From Octopus vulgaris (Eukaryota), in the NCBI GenBank assembly GCA_951406725.2, contig OX597822.1, positions 65,596,001 through 65,660,000 of the forward strand: a DNA stretch of 64,000 nucleotides, written 5' to 3'. The notes beneath the pieces were generated by a model. It was given only the letters and a program-made list of their open reading frames with translations. It was not told the origin of the DNA and made no database searches. The translations under genes were made by a program, and so were the position numbers. Positions 41,158 through 55,984 of the stretch are shown piece after piece. The first letter of the stretch is position 1; every line of letters begins with the position of its first letter.

Positions 41158-41677
41158 CTATGTATATATAAATGTATATATGTATATATATATATTTATA
41201 TATATTTAAATATATATGTATATGTATATGTGTATATATATATATGTTTATATCTATATATATCTATACACACACACATATATATATGTGTGTGTATATA
41301 TATGTATATACTGACTCGTATGTGTGTATGTATATAATCATGCTTGTATGGTTTTGTCACCTGAAGGGATACATTGCACATGTGCATATGGCAAGAAACC
41401 TTGACTAGAACCGTGATGAATCATCACCTTCAAAGAAAGAAACATCACACACACCCACAGACGGCGCGCGCACACACACACACACACGCATACAGACACA
41501 TATAGATAGTATTGCGTGCCTATAGGAGTATGTATGTACGTATACATTTATACATGTACAAAGCGATAGAGATAGAGATGATGGTGATAGGAAAATAGAT
41601 ATATTTGTTGTGTTCTTATACGTATGTAGATATAAAAAATACATAAAAAATACAAAAATAAACATTCAGCCGAGACA

Positions 41678-41734
<57 letters not shown>

Positions 41735-41876
41735 GTATATACATATATATGTATGTGTGTGTATATATGAATATATGTGTGTGAGTGCGTGTGGGTTTAT
41801 GTACAGTATATATATAAATATATGTATACATGTATATGTATACCAACACAGACAGGGACACATGCACACACACGCA

Positions 41877-41936
<60 letters not shown>

Positions 41937-42059
41937 AATCGTACATTTATATATACAATAGAGCGTACGATTTTTTTTATATGTTGTCCCAGTCCGATCA
42001 TTTTGAAGGATAACACAATTAGTGGCAACATCATATGGCTCACTATGCCAAATTTCCAG

Positions 42060-42132
<73 letters not shown>

Positions 42133-44213
42133 TTATTAATCATTGCGTATCTTTTTATTGATGCTATCTACTTTTTGAAATGTTCTTTCATTATTATTAT
42201 TATTTTTTTGTATGTGTGTGTACGTCGATGCTAGCGTCTATCTCTGTATTTTTGCCAGGGTCGGAGAGAATTACTTTGCTTTTGTCTCCTCTACATACAC
42301 CAGGAGACACTTATGAATGAGAACCTATCTGTAAATGTTGGAGGAGTGACTCAGATGTGAATATATAAGCAATGATGAATAAATCGGCACAAACACATGC
42401 CTAATGTATTTAGCAATTGTTTCTAATGACAGTTCCACTGCTGTTTTCACATTTCTTGTTAAACCCTCGCCCTTTAATTTTCTCAATAAAATACTGACAA
42501 TATATGAGTTTCTATTACAGCATCTATTTATCTTCTATAAAAATCTCTCCCATTCACTTTAGGATATATTACTTTCATTTCCTGAACGATTTCACAAATC
42601 TCTCTCCAGGGTAACTATATATATTATGAATTTCACACTTGAGAAAGCACAATACAAGCCTTCTCAGAGATTTCGACCTTCTGGAAAATCCCAGCACTGG
42701 GTTTATTAACAATGAGAACAACAGCGACATTAAGCAAGAACAAGCAAGAAAAAAAAAAAAGATGTAATTGTCAAAATTCTTTATCTAACATGACCAGAAA
42801 AAATTTGTGATGATGATGATGAGGATGAACATGGTGATGATGATGATCATGATGATCAGGATCATAATAATGATGACGATGATGACGATGATTGCGATGA
42901 CAATGATGATGATCATGATGATGGTAACGCGAGAGCAAGATCAGTAATAACAACATCAAACAACAACAATACAGCAACAATAATAATAGTTGTAGTTATA
43001 ATTTGTTTGCTATTACAAGCCACAAGGGCCCAAAATACTGTCGATGGTATAAAAGTGATATGCAGGAGTAAGCAACAAAGTAGAGACAATAGAAGACTTC
43101 CAACGTACAAAAGGTTGAGATGAGCAATAGAAATCAAACATTTTTCAGAAAATACATTAGGGTAAATTATAATAGTATTAAATGTAACAACCTAACAAAG
43201 GGGAATGATACTGAAAAAGAGGGTTATATCGCAGAGCTTTATTCGAGGAACCTCACGCACAAACTTCTATTGCATTGACGTGCCAAAAGTAAGTGACCTC
43301 CTTCAGTTATTGCTTCCAGCTTACAGTCCAGCAGTTAATATTGTTATTTGGCAAACCAATTAAATTTTAATGTAATTGACAAGTGGGCAACACCTCTCAC
43401 ATTATCTCCTCCCCCCTCCCTTCCACCCTCTCTCTCTCTCATTATCACCCTATTCGTTCTCTTAACTTCACCTTCTTTTGCAAGTGGTACGTAACGAAAA
43501 TAATGAGTCCTTCGTCTCAAGTCTCAAATTCTGTTCTGAGACCTTTCAACTTCTTACAACGCATATTCCATAACCGTAACCACTTGACAGTAGAAGTTTT
43601 TAGTCTGATAACGATTTAATCCCATCTTGAAGACAGATACGGTTCAGAGACGAATCCTTCCCACATGTGAACAGAACTGTTGGCTATACCCATAGCTCAT
43701 TAATGCACAGGCACGGAACAAATACACGGACAATGGACAGAAAGCTGATAGACTATCAGTTTTCCAGAACATCACTCTTATTGCAAATTAATTATTCTTG
43801 GACTAATGTAACCCCCCCCCCCAAAAAAAAATAAATAAAACCACGAATCAAATGCTACCTAAACTTCTAGCATCTTAACATTTATGATTTCCCCTATAAA
43901 ATCATTCATCGATGCTATTCTCATGATTCCTATGCAGTCTTTTTGTATACATCATCATTGAATTAATATGTATCAATTGCTTGCTTCGCGTATATATTCG
44001 GTAGAGAACATGTTTCTCATGAGTCAAATTGATTCTGGATTATGGAACAACTGAAAAATATATCATAGTCTATTGTAAATAATATTAGCCACTTTCTTTG
44101 GTGGCCGTATATTTCTAATTATACTGGCATGAGATAATACATTTCAAACTTTTTCTTGGCGCAATTCAGGAAAGATGGAGTAACGAAACTCTCAGAAAAG
44201 TTACTCATATTTA

Positions 44214-44398
44214 CATTTCTATATTTAAGAGATGAGGAATTGTGTACACTATTTACATTATTTACATTTGACGGATATTTGTCCTCATCTTGTTTGTTGT
44301 TAACACAACGTTTCGGCTAATATACCCTCCAGTCTTCATCAGGTGTCTTGGGGAAATTTCAAACCTGGATTCTCATACCCAAAATATTTTTCGATGTT

Positions 44399-44464
<66 letters not shown>

Positions 44465-44468
44465 ATTA

Positions 44469-44542
<74 letters not shown>

Positions 44543-44627
44543 CATTATTGTTCAGGTCACTGCTTGGAATCCAATTCGGAAACTTGTGGTTAGTAGCCCG
44601 CACTCTGAACCACTACGACATATGCCC
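44214..44627 (-). mobile_element. Composite tRNA-head/(AAT)n/hammerhead element (copy 2)
   Basis: The reverse complement is colinear with 38308-38738 plus 38928-38974. HHR motif at 44302-44347. Confidence 0.85.
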
Positions 44628-44867
44628 GTCGAATATAAATGATGTAAATAATGTATATTTACATGTTATTATATTACAGTTATTATTACGAGAGTATTAA
44701 CGGCATTGTTCTATGTATTTTGCATAGCTTCTATCTTGATATGAGAATAAAATACTAGACATTCTAAGTTAGTTCCCCTCAGCTCTATGAAATGTTAATA
44801 TAATATGTAAGGTAAAAGAAAGATGACAAATTATCTGCGGTATTTTGTCCGTATTTATGAACTGAGT

Positions 44868-44930
<63 letters not shown>

Positions 44931-45847
44931 TTTTACTCCGAATGATTTTGTTAATATCTGTAAATGATAATAGTTAAAGCTTGTAGCAATCACCGTGCAA
45001 CGACTAAAGAAAATAGTCTAATAATGGGGCATATAAGCCAACCCCTCGACAGAAAAAGAAATGTTTTCCGTACACGTGGGACTCGATCTGGGCCTTTTTG
45101 TTTATGCGACCAAGTGTGCCACCGATTATACTAGCGAACCTACCTGCCTTTTTTTAAGAACTATACTTAGTTCGTAATTGCCTTTGTTACAAAAACAACA
45201 TCATGACAAATTATCTATGTTAGGATTTGAACTCAGTACAATTAACGCCAGATATCCTAATATCGTTTCTTGTACAAACAGTTTATATCTGTCTTTGTTA
45301 TTTATCAATATGGAAACAAAATATTGAAGCGAAACATTAACACCAAGTCTGTTTATTCTTACACCAAATAGTCTTCAGATATATTAAACCTTTGAAATTT
45401 TCCCTATCAATTGCATAAAGTCCAATTTACTCTATGCAATTGATACTGCGGCGAGATATTTTTGACACAACACAATAATCCGTATGTCTGAGAAATGTTT
45501 TGTGAAGATCCAAGTATTTCAACGACTATTAGCGACTCGGGGAGCGAAGAAAAGTAAAAGATCATTGAATGATAGGAAAACAATACACGTAAACATCCTG
45601 GCAAATTAGCTACAGTGAACAGTGCTTAAATTTTATCAAATAAGAAACAGATTGTGTTCCCAGGCATATTTTCTTCCTTTTATTAAATTCATAATTGATA
45701 AACATTAAATTACACTGGAAGGCAACAACTAAAATTTGACAAGAATTATTTCATAAAATATCTAATAAAGTTCTAATTAATTTTATCAAACTAGGGATGG
45801 TTTCAGGGTTACCTGTAAATAACAGCACATTCGATGGATTACTTATG

Positions 45848-45921
<74 letters not shown>

Positions 45922-46735
45922 TGAATGGGGGGAGAGAGATAAAATTATATTGTTTGAGGGCAGGATATATTGAAATAATTTACAAATAAACAAAAAGCGA
46001 AAAATATTCATTTTTTCATTTCGCATATATATTTGCTTGGGGATGGTTATAGTATATATTACGCATACTGAATTTGAAGTGCACAAATATAATAAAAACA
46101 GCTGTGAGAATGAGAAATGAAATAAAATTATTTGATAAAGTCGGGAGATTATTTCGTTATAGGCATTTACTGCTGTCAACAGACTATCTGTTTGTAAGAC
46201 ATATTACATGAAGTTACATGAAAAAGCATACAAAGATATCCACAGCAATAAGTGATATACCACAAGCAAATTTCTATGTATATATACTTACGTGTGGATA
46301 TATATATTTTAAACATGTACACTCCCACATACACGTGCACACACACGCTCACACACACATATATACACGCAAACACACATGAACATATAAACGTAATATA
46401 TATATATAACAAGTAATATAAATGTGTGCGCATATAGATACATGCACACAAACATACATAAATATATACATACATATATATATACATATCTATATATATA
46501 CATATATATATATATGTTTATACATAGCTATATACATATATATATATACTATCTATAAACATATACACACATACATATATATATACACATATCTATCTAT
46601 ATATATATAGTTATATATATGTATGTGTAAATATATATATATGTATATAGACATGTATGTATATATATATATATATTTATGTATATACCTGTCTATGGAT
46701 ATGTATGTATATATATGTCTGTCTGTCTATCTACA

Positions 46736-46861
<126 letters not shown>

Positions 46862-46990
46862 TTAGCATATGTTTGCACGCAAAGCTAGCAACTTTCAGCT
46901 CCGTTCTACCGATCACACTGAAATCGTTGAAGAAAAAGAAAGAAACTGAAAGTCACATATTTATTTACGTTCTGCAGACAAGAACGTGTT

Positions 46991-47103
<113 letters not shown>

Positions 47104-47465
47104 ATATGTGTGTGTGTGTGTATATACAGAAACAGGAAGATAGATAGGTAGATAAATATGTACATACATAGATACATAGATACCTACATATATGTATACA
47201 TATCAAAAGACAGAAGAGAGTATTTTGTACGTGCATTGTTCCTTGTATTAGGATAGCAAAAATTTGTTTCTTCTTATTGTCTGTCAAAATAAATAAACCT
47301 ATAGCGGTGAAATAAAATGTAGATGCAGTTATACAGCAAAATATCTTTATTTACATTTACCGATAAATAGACCATACAGTTGAACTGCCTCTGACGTTAT
47401 ACAGATCAATACTGCCCCATTCATATATGGAAACTTGTCTGTCTGTCAATATGTCTCTATTTCTG

Positions 47466-47528
<63 letters not shown>

Positions 47529-47599
47529 CATACATACATACATGTTCCTACACACACATGGTTATCAACTTCACTGCTAAATTACAACAGGAAAAAATC

Positions 47600-48283
<684 letters not shown>

Positions 48284-48878
48284 CCAGTGATATGTAAGTA
48301 AATTTGCTTAAAGATGCAACTTCTTTCCTTGAAGTGATTTATAGATTAAATTTAGTTAGATCATTCCTGATGAACAATCAAACCAACTATTTGTCTACAC
48401 GCTTGTCTGCCTGTGAATCAAGCAAGATAGTCTAGAAGACAAACAATATTACCGGCAGAAATAACAGTAAAAGCACAAGTCAAACATAGGACAACAAAAT
48501 AAAGGAAAAACAAGAAATAAAATGAAAATAGGCTGACATCGGTATCAGCAAATTTTTTTTTATAATAAAACAGGAAAATGTCGATGTCTATACGCAGACT
48601 GGAACTAGATACACATAACCGTCTATTATTATGCGGATTTGTAATAAGAGTAAGTGGCAAAATTACCTGCCCACACACGGAGAGAGGCCCACAGACGCAG
48701 ATGTATATTGATATATGTATATGCTTTATTACATTATTATACATATATTAGATGCATACATACGTACATACATGCACATGCACATGTATATACTTACACA
48801 CACAAAAAAACACACACATATATATATATATATATATGTATGTATATATGTGTATATATATATATATGTATATATGTA

Positions 48879-48911
<33 letters not shown>

Positions 48912-49359
48912 GTTGATATATATGTATATATACACACATATACATAGCTACAAACAGACACACACACGCGCGGCGCACACATACACACACACATATATAT
49001 ATATCAATTTATATATATTTGTTCCACACGTACTTTTTTATACACAGGCAACCAATTAATACATACATTCTTACACATGCATGTGGGCGTACATGTTTAT
49101 ATAAGTTTTATATATGTTGATATATATTTATACATGTTTATATACATATTTCTTTTTGTATAAGTGTCTATGTGTTGTAGGATGCCTGTGTGTACGGCGT
49201 GGGTGGTACTATTTGCTTCGCGCGCGCACGTCTGTGTGTGTAGACGGAAGGAGGGAGTGAAAGTGAAAGTGACTTAGCATCGGAAAGTGAGTCAACGTTT
49301 ACTGATTAATTGTCACCGAAGCGTTTCTAAACTGAAATCTCATACATATATCTATATAC

Positions 49360-49361
<2 letters not shown>

Positions 49362-49390
<29 letters not shown>

Positions 49391-49503
49391 TGTATGTATG
49401 TATGTATGTATGTATGTATGTATGTATGTATGTATGTATGTATGTATGTATGTATGTATGTATGTATGTATGTATGTATGTATGTATGTATGTATGTATG
49501 TAT
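49362..49503. repeat. (ATGT)n microsatellite
   Basis: Read directly. Confidence 0.95.
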
Positions 49504-49664
49504 GCATGTGTTTGTGTGTATGTATGTATGTAAATACATCAAATATGACTATTTATTGTAGAGATATCTCTCTATCTCTCTATTACTTTAATTATAATTA
49601 TATCTATATATTCATTCACATGTTCCAGCCATAGTCTAGGTTCATGCTGGAGCACCTCCTTTTA

Positions 49665-50530
49665 GTGTTTTGGGGTTTCCTTCCTGCACTGTTTTTGGTG
49701 GAGAGGTGAGATGGACGGAGCTGCTCCTTTTTGTACCACCTGCCGCAATGGGGGCTCAACTGGGATTTCAGATTGAAAACTTGTGCAAATTCTTTCTGAA
49801 GGTTTCTACATTTACACCTTGCAAGTCTTTCAGAGTGTTTGACAGGATTTTAAACAGTTGTGGTCCAGTGAAACCCAAGCTGTTTTAAATGATGTTTTTC
49901 TAGAAAGAGCTCCATCGACTGCATCTGTCTGACGTCTATCTTTTAAAACATCATGCAACCATTCTCCCAGATTTCCAGTGGTACGAAGGTCATTTAGCTT
50001 GTGATATATCAACGTTGTCGAAGGATTTGGCAAAGTCGATATATAACACATTCACATTTGAGTGGTTCGCCTTCTGCTTCAGCACCTAATCGATATGTTG
50101 TAATAGCTGTGTGAGGTAGTTCCTCCCTGAGCAGAAACCATGTTGTGTGTTTGTGAGGAAGTTATTCTCTTCCAGGAATGTGATCAGTCTCCTTCTGACA
50201 AAGTTTTCCCATCATCTTGCTAACTTGTGAATTCAGAGAAATAGGCGGCCTGTGATTTTTTAGCATCAGCTATGCTCCCTTCTTCATGGACAAAAGATAT
50301 AATGCCCTCTTTTAAATGTTTTGTAAGTTTTCCACATGCAAGGTAACTATGAAAAATTATCAGGTTTGGCAAGAGCTTTCTTGCATAATTTTAGGAGAAC
50401 CACTGGAAATTCATCTGAGCCTGTGACTGAGTTTGAGTACTTCTCACCAATGGCCGATATAAAATTTTGCTTCTTTTATGTCAATGTAAACCATGGTTGC
50501 TTTTCCCCTCATGTAAGTATGCAGTTTTGA
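49665..50530 (-). mobile_element. Decayed CR1-group LINE, internally deleted, related to 11400-12941
   Basis: ORF 49830..50051 contains HKLNDLRTTGNLGEWLHDVLKDRRQ, compared with HKLHDFSIAGKLGQWLHDVL in the first copy. QHGF-type codons lie near 50140, and 3' end similarity spans 49700-49890. Confidence 0.85.
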
Positions 50531-50956
50531 AAAACTCTTTAGGCTCGCTTACGTGCCTGTTTCCCACGTTGAAAATTAGAGTAGTTGACTAAAATTAGCA
50601 GAATTTACAAACTTCAGCATTGTGTAATTGTAAAAAGAAGGTTAGAAAATCAGTAAAAACTCAAGTCTACTCTATAGGGTAGTAGTCATCACCATCTCAT
50701 CACCGTAAGTTTAGAAAAAATCAAAATCTGTAGCAACATGAATGAGATAAGGCATGACTTAACAATGGACTGACGAAATGGAAATGAGAGTTGTGCATAA
50801 ATATACACGTTTGTCTCCTCATTGCTGATAGATTTTGAGCTGAAGCAGTGGCCAAAATATCGGCTAAATTCACACACAGATATATGCTTTATCATACATG
50901 AATGTATTATGTGCATTTCCAGTCTTTTATATAATGAAACATTTCATTTTGCGTGT

Positions 50957-51057
<101 letters not shown>

Positions 51058-51782
51058 TGCATATATACATACATGCGTACACATGCATACACACACATAC
51101 ACACATACAAATAGACACATACACACATGTATATAGAGTTGGAAAACAAAGAGATATAATGGGTAGAAATTCATTTATTAATTACTTAATAGGTGAATGT
51201 GTTAAATAATTAATAAATAAATTTGTATCCATTAGAACTGTCTGTTTTCTAACTCCATAATAATGCTTGATATTTTAGGAACTTTTCTATAATATATCAC
51301 TCAATAAATGTTTCTTCAAAATATAATATACTAAACTAGTGTATCTTGAATAAAATATCCCTATAACAGGTTTAAATATCCTCGTTGTGACGACATATAT
51401 ACATGCATATGTATATATATGTATGTGTGTGTGTGTGCGTGTGTTTGTATATATATATATCCATATATATACATAGCTGCCGGTCAAGTAGTGTGGAGCG
51501 ACTGACCTCCCTTGTTCGAAGGTTATATGGATACAGTTTGTGTATCAAATAGCTAACTTAAGGTGATGGCCTCATGGAGCTAATAAGCGGACAGCTTTAT
51601 TCTTATTTTTATAAGAATGCCATATTAGTATGGCGATAACTATTATTTTCCGGGAACGCTGCCGCTGTTCTCTTTTAGAGAGACTTAGTAATTTTAATAT
51701 TTCTATTATTGAAAACAAGTGGATGTATTCCACCGAAACTAGGTAAATAAAACCATCGAACAGAGATTGTCGGAAGCGACAC

Positions 51783-51853
51783 CTACTGGCTGGCTACGCT
51801 GCATTGAAAAGGGGCAATACCCCGAAACGCGTCTGTAGCTGCCGGTCAAGTAG
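51783..51853 (+). ncRNA. Type I hammerhead ribozyme, U3-A8 core variant (unit 1/2 junction)
   Basis: GCTGCA-TTGAAAA-GGGG-CAATA-CCCC-GAAA-CGCG-TC-TGTAGC. Stem I extends via GGCTGGC/GCCGGTC and CTACT/AGTAG. Predicted cleavage is after C51833. Confidence 0.8.
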
Positions 51854-52144
51854 TGTGGAGCGACTGACCTCCCTTGTTCGAAGGTTATATGGATACAGTT
51901 TGTGTATCAAATAGCTAACTTAAGGCGATGGCCTCATGGAGCTAATAAGCGGACAGCTTTATTCTTATTTTTATAAGAATGCCATATTAGTATGGCGATA
52001 ACTATTATTTTCCGGGAACGCTGCCGCTGTTCTCTTTTAGAGAGACTTAGTAATTTTAATATTTCTATTATTGAAAACAAGTGGATGTATTCCACCGAAA
52101 CTAGGTAAATAAAACCATCGAACAGAGATTGTCGGAAGCGACAC

Positions 52145-52215
52145 CTACTGGCTGGCTACGCTGCATTGAAAAGGGGCAAAACCCCGAAACGCGTCTGTAG
52201 CTGCCGGTCAAGTAG
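52145..52215 (+). ncRNA. Type I hammerhead ribozyme, U3-A8 core variant (unit 2/3 junction)
   Basis: Same motif with loop II CAAAA. Predicted cleavage is after C52195. Confidence 0.8.
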
Positions 52216-52757
52216 TGTGGAGCGACTGACCTCCCTTGTTCGAAGGTTATATGGATACAGTTTGTGTATCAAATAGCTAACTTAAGGCGATGGCCTCATG
52301 GAGCTAATAAGCGGACAGCTTTATTCTTATTTTTATAAGAATGCCATATTAGTATGGCGATAACTATTATTTTATGTATATATAGATATAGATATAGGGA
52401 TATAAATAGACAGACGGACAGACTAGCAGATCTAATAGGCCGTGTCTTTGTGTATGAATATCTTCAGGGACGTGCGATTTATTGTTGTGTAGGTGATTAA
52501 GTTTTATCGTTAAAAATGTCTACTTTACAACATCCCGGTGATGAAAGATTTTATGCGTAATACATACTAAAACATAATACATAAATCAGAGTTTCAATGT
52601 CAATGCCGAGACATAGATTGTTTTAAATATATATGTAACAAGCACATACTTACATATGATTTATGTACATATGTGCGTGTATGTGTTTGTGTGTGTATGC
52701 ATATATATTTATATATTCACATATACGTGTATATATAATATATGTATATACATATAC

Positions 52758-52831
<74 letters not shown>

Positions 52832-53645
52832 TTATAGTGGTAGCTTCGATTAGATATTACATACTGCTGTAAATAGCATTGTTTTTTATGATACCATATT
52901 GGTTGGACGCCAACGCAGAGAGCGGCAATGACTTATCATGTAACCTACCCGTTTTACTGTACTTTTACTGTTTCGTATTATATTGAAAGAAACATCTAGA
53001 ATATAAGTTAAATGTTATTAATTGTATTGTATTTCAAACAACTGACATTGACAGACAGTATTATGTATATCAACCTTTGCGAATTCACAAACGAATATTT
53101 AATTGTCCCGTATGAAATTTCAATACATCTGCCGCACTTACACATACTTCGTTTTTTATGTTTCATGAATCGTTTTTGTTAGAATTCGTAAGCAATATAA
53201 AACATTTAAAATCAAATATCTATTGTTGCAGTATACTAAATTATATCATGAAATAATTACGTACACCTATATTTATATCAATAGTTGACAATAAGTGCGT
53301 GTGTATGTGTTATAAACAAGTATTTACGTTCATTACAATTTTACGATGTAGCCTCGCATCTGTATTTTATAAGGAAGGATAAAATTATGGGCAGGAGCCA
53401 GGCTCTACACATTTGGTTTTGAGAGACTATATTAACAGTTACATCACACTGAATTTAAGTTTGCATCCTTTTATATAATATATACTGGGATGCGAATATT
53501 TTTAAAGATATAAAATATCTATCATACACTAAAATACGATTAGATTCATGGCGTAGATTAAAATTCTTAATATAAGGCAGTCAGCAATAGTACCAAATTT
53601 TCGTGAGAACAAGTTTTTCTAGATTATTTTCATACAGGTATGTTG

Positions 53646-53737
<92 letters not shown>

Positions 53738-53851
53738 GGATAAATGGATAGATACATACATACATAGATCGATAGATAGACAGACAGAGAGATAGAGAAA
53801 AAAAGAGAAAAGCAAATGGATAGATAGATTCATACATATATAGTCAAAGAA

Positions 53852-54081
53852 GGCGGTGAGCTGGCAGAAACGTTAGCACGCCGGGCAAAATGCGTAGCCG
53901 TATTTCGTCCGCCGTTACGTTCTGAGTTCAAATTCCGCCGAGGTCGACTTTGCCTTTCATCCTTTCGGAGTCGATAAATAAAGTACCAGTTACCCACTGG
54001 GGTCGATGTAATCGACTTAATCCCTTTGTCTGTCTTTGTTTGTCCCCTCTATGTTTAGCTATTTGTGTGCAATAAAGAAAT
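53852..54081 (+). mobile_element. SINE family B with TSD
   Basis: Full head and core. TSD ATATATAGTCAAA at 53836-53848 and 54082-54094. Confidence 0.92.
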
Positions 54082-54109
54082 ATATATAGTCAAATCTAAT
54101 AATGGTACA

Positions 54110-54235
54110 TTAAAAATAAGAATAACAAAGACGTCGTGCACATGCAATGTATTAGTTTGACGCTAGGTAAGTGTGGGAGAAAAGGGAGGGTTTTAGACGT
54201 TTCGAGCATATCTCTTCGTTATAGAGGAAAACTAA
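54110..54235 (-). mobile_element. PLE pLTR-like fragment with decayed hammerhead
   Basis: The minus strand reads TAACGA-A-GAG-ATATG-CTC-GAAA-CG-TC, with the 5' part of the core mutated. Confidence 0.5.
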
Positions 54236-54483
54236 AATTTCCGGAGAAGGAAAAATATCACCAGCAGTATCAAATAAAAATACGTTGGAACACGGGATTA
54301 CTCGTTCTCCCGGATAATGAATACTATACCCTAGAATTTTTGGCATTAATACATGACGGGTGAAAAATAATTATTAAGGAAATAACTGGTCATTATCTTT
54401 TTATATACGCAAAGAAACGTAATTTTCTTTTAAATAACAGTAATCAAGTTATCGAAGAGTGTAATTAAGTTATTGTTAACTAT

Positions 54484-54894
54484 GGCGTAGGAGAGGCTGT
54501 GCGGTAAGTAGCCTACTTACAAACCACATGGTTCCGGGTTCAGTCCCACTGCGTGGCACCTTGGGCAAGTGTCTTCTACTATAGCCTCGGGCCGACCATA
54601 GCCTTGTGAGTGGATTTGGTAGACGGAAACTGAAAGAAGCCTGTCATATATATGTATATGTATATGTGCATGTATATGTTTGTGTGTCTGTTTGTTCCCC
54701 CAAAATCGCTTGACAACCGATGCTGGTGTGTTTACGTCCCCGTAACTTAGCGGTTCGGCAAAAGAGACCATTAGAATAAGTACTAGGCTTACAAAGAATA
54801 AGTCCTGGAGTCGATTTGCTCGACTAAAAGGCCGTGCTCCAGCATGGCCGCTGCCAAATGACTGAAACAAGTAAAAGAATAATGAGTAAAGAGT
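54484..54894 (+). mobile_element. SINE family A, full length
   Basis: One of the best-preserved copies, used as the reference here. Confidence 0.92.
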
Positions 54895-55000
54895 ATGTGG
54901 AAAATTTCTATTTCATACACCGCGGAGAGAAAAGAACACAGAATCACGTGTCGCAGAACGTGAAACAATCGAAAGAAATTCCAGTGGACTTTCGAACTGA

Positions 55001-55046
55001 ACCATGACGTATAACAGTTCTATACCATGACGTATAACAGTTCTAT
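55001..55046. repeat. 2 x 23-bp perfect tandem duplication
   Basis: ACCATGACGTATAACAGTTCTAT occurs twice. Confidence 0.9.
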
Positions 55047-55984
55047 ATAAAGACTTGGGAAGTTCCCGCGATGGCCTACATAATGTACTAATAAGTGATG
55101 TCCTACGCGCTCTAATTTAATAGATAACTATACATACATATGCATATGCATCATGAAGTGACATTTCGTATAATTGATGTGGGAGATTATTCATTGAAAA
55201 TATGATAAATAGCGTATCCAAATTTGAAGCCGCATTTATCAGCCCTTATAAATAACTGATTAAATTTCAGATTGTTTGAGCGAGGGAATACCCAAGATAT
55301 TAATGCTTTTCTTCTAAAACGCAAATCTAACGTGAAGAGTGTTGCTACAAACAACATGGCTGGATACGACAAAATCAACAGCATATTCAAAGACTGGACT
55401 GAATACATCGTAAAAGGTAATGAGACTCTTTGATGACTGCAGTTACAAAATAAACCGTAACGATAAAATATATTTTTAGAGAGAAAGGAAAGTATTCGCT
55501 ACCAAAGTAAAAAAAATAATCATTGAAAATAACATAAGATTTATTGATGAAAATTTGTGAGGAAACATTCGAACAAAAATGTAATGAATTCTCATTCCGG
55601 CAGTTCAACGCTTGTTCATATGACGTATCAACCACTACAAAGCAGTACATGGAAGATATTCAAGAAGTAAACATAGCAGATAGGAACTTAACAAAATGCT
55701 ATCATGGGTTTCGAGAAGAGAAAGATTGCTGATTTATAGAAAACTATTAATTCTGTAATGGCGCTTAGTATGTCCGTAGAAGCAAATCACTTTACACCTC
55801 CCTAACAAACACGAAAAATTGATTAGAAACAATATTTGAAGTCAGCAGCAGTGAAAAGAGAACGCTTAATTGCGAACTGAACATTTTGAAACAACAATTA
55901 AAATTCGTGAGTAACATCGTCATCAGAAAAGAGTAAAGAAACTGAAAGAAAAAGAACAGAAAATTAAACCGAAATAAGGTACCA

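Larger units (their letters stand above)
51474..52373 (+). mobile_element. Hammerhead-containing 362-bp tandem repeat, about 2.5 units (retrozyme-like or PLE pLTR array)
   Basis: TAGCTGCCGGTCAAGTAG recurs at 51474, 51836 and 52198. The units are almost identical, and the array is flanked by TA-rich microsatellite. Confidence 0.9.

Noticed and set aside
45060-45140. tRNA-like sequence on the minus strand followed by a T-run
   Set aside because: The acceptor and T stems do not pair properly; at most it is a decayed tRNA-derived head. The other SINE heads were likewise not called tRNA genes.
51474-52373. CRISPR array or plain satellite interpretation of the tandem repeat
   Set aside because: There are no unique spacers and no cas genes, and the context is eukaryotic. 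The hammerhead structure explains it better.
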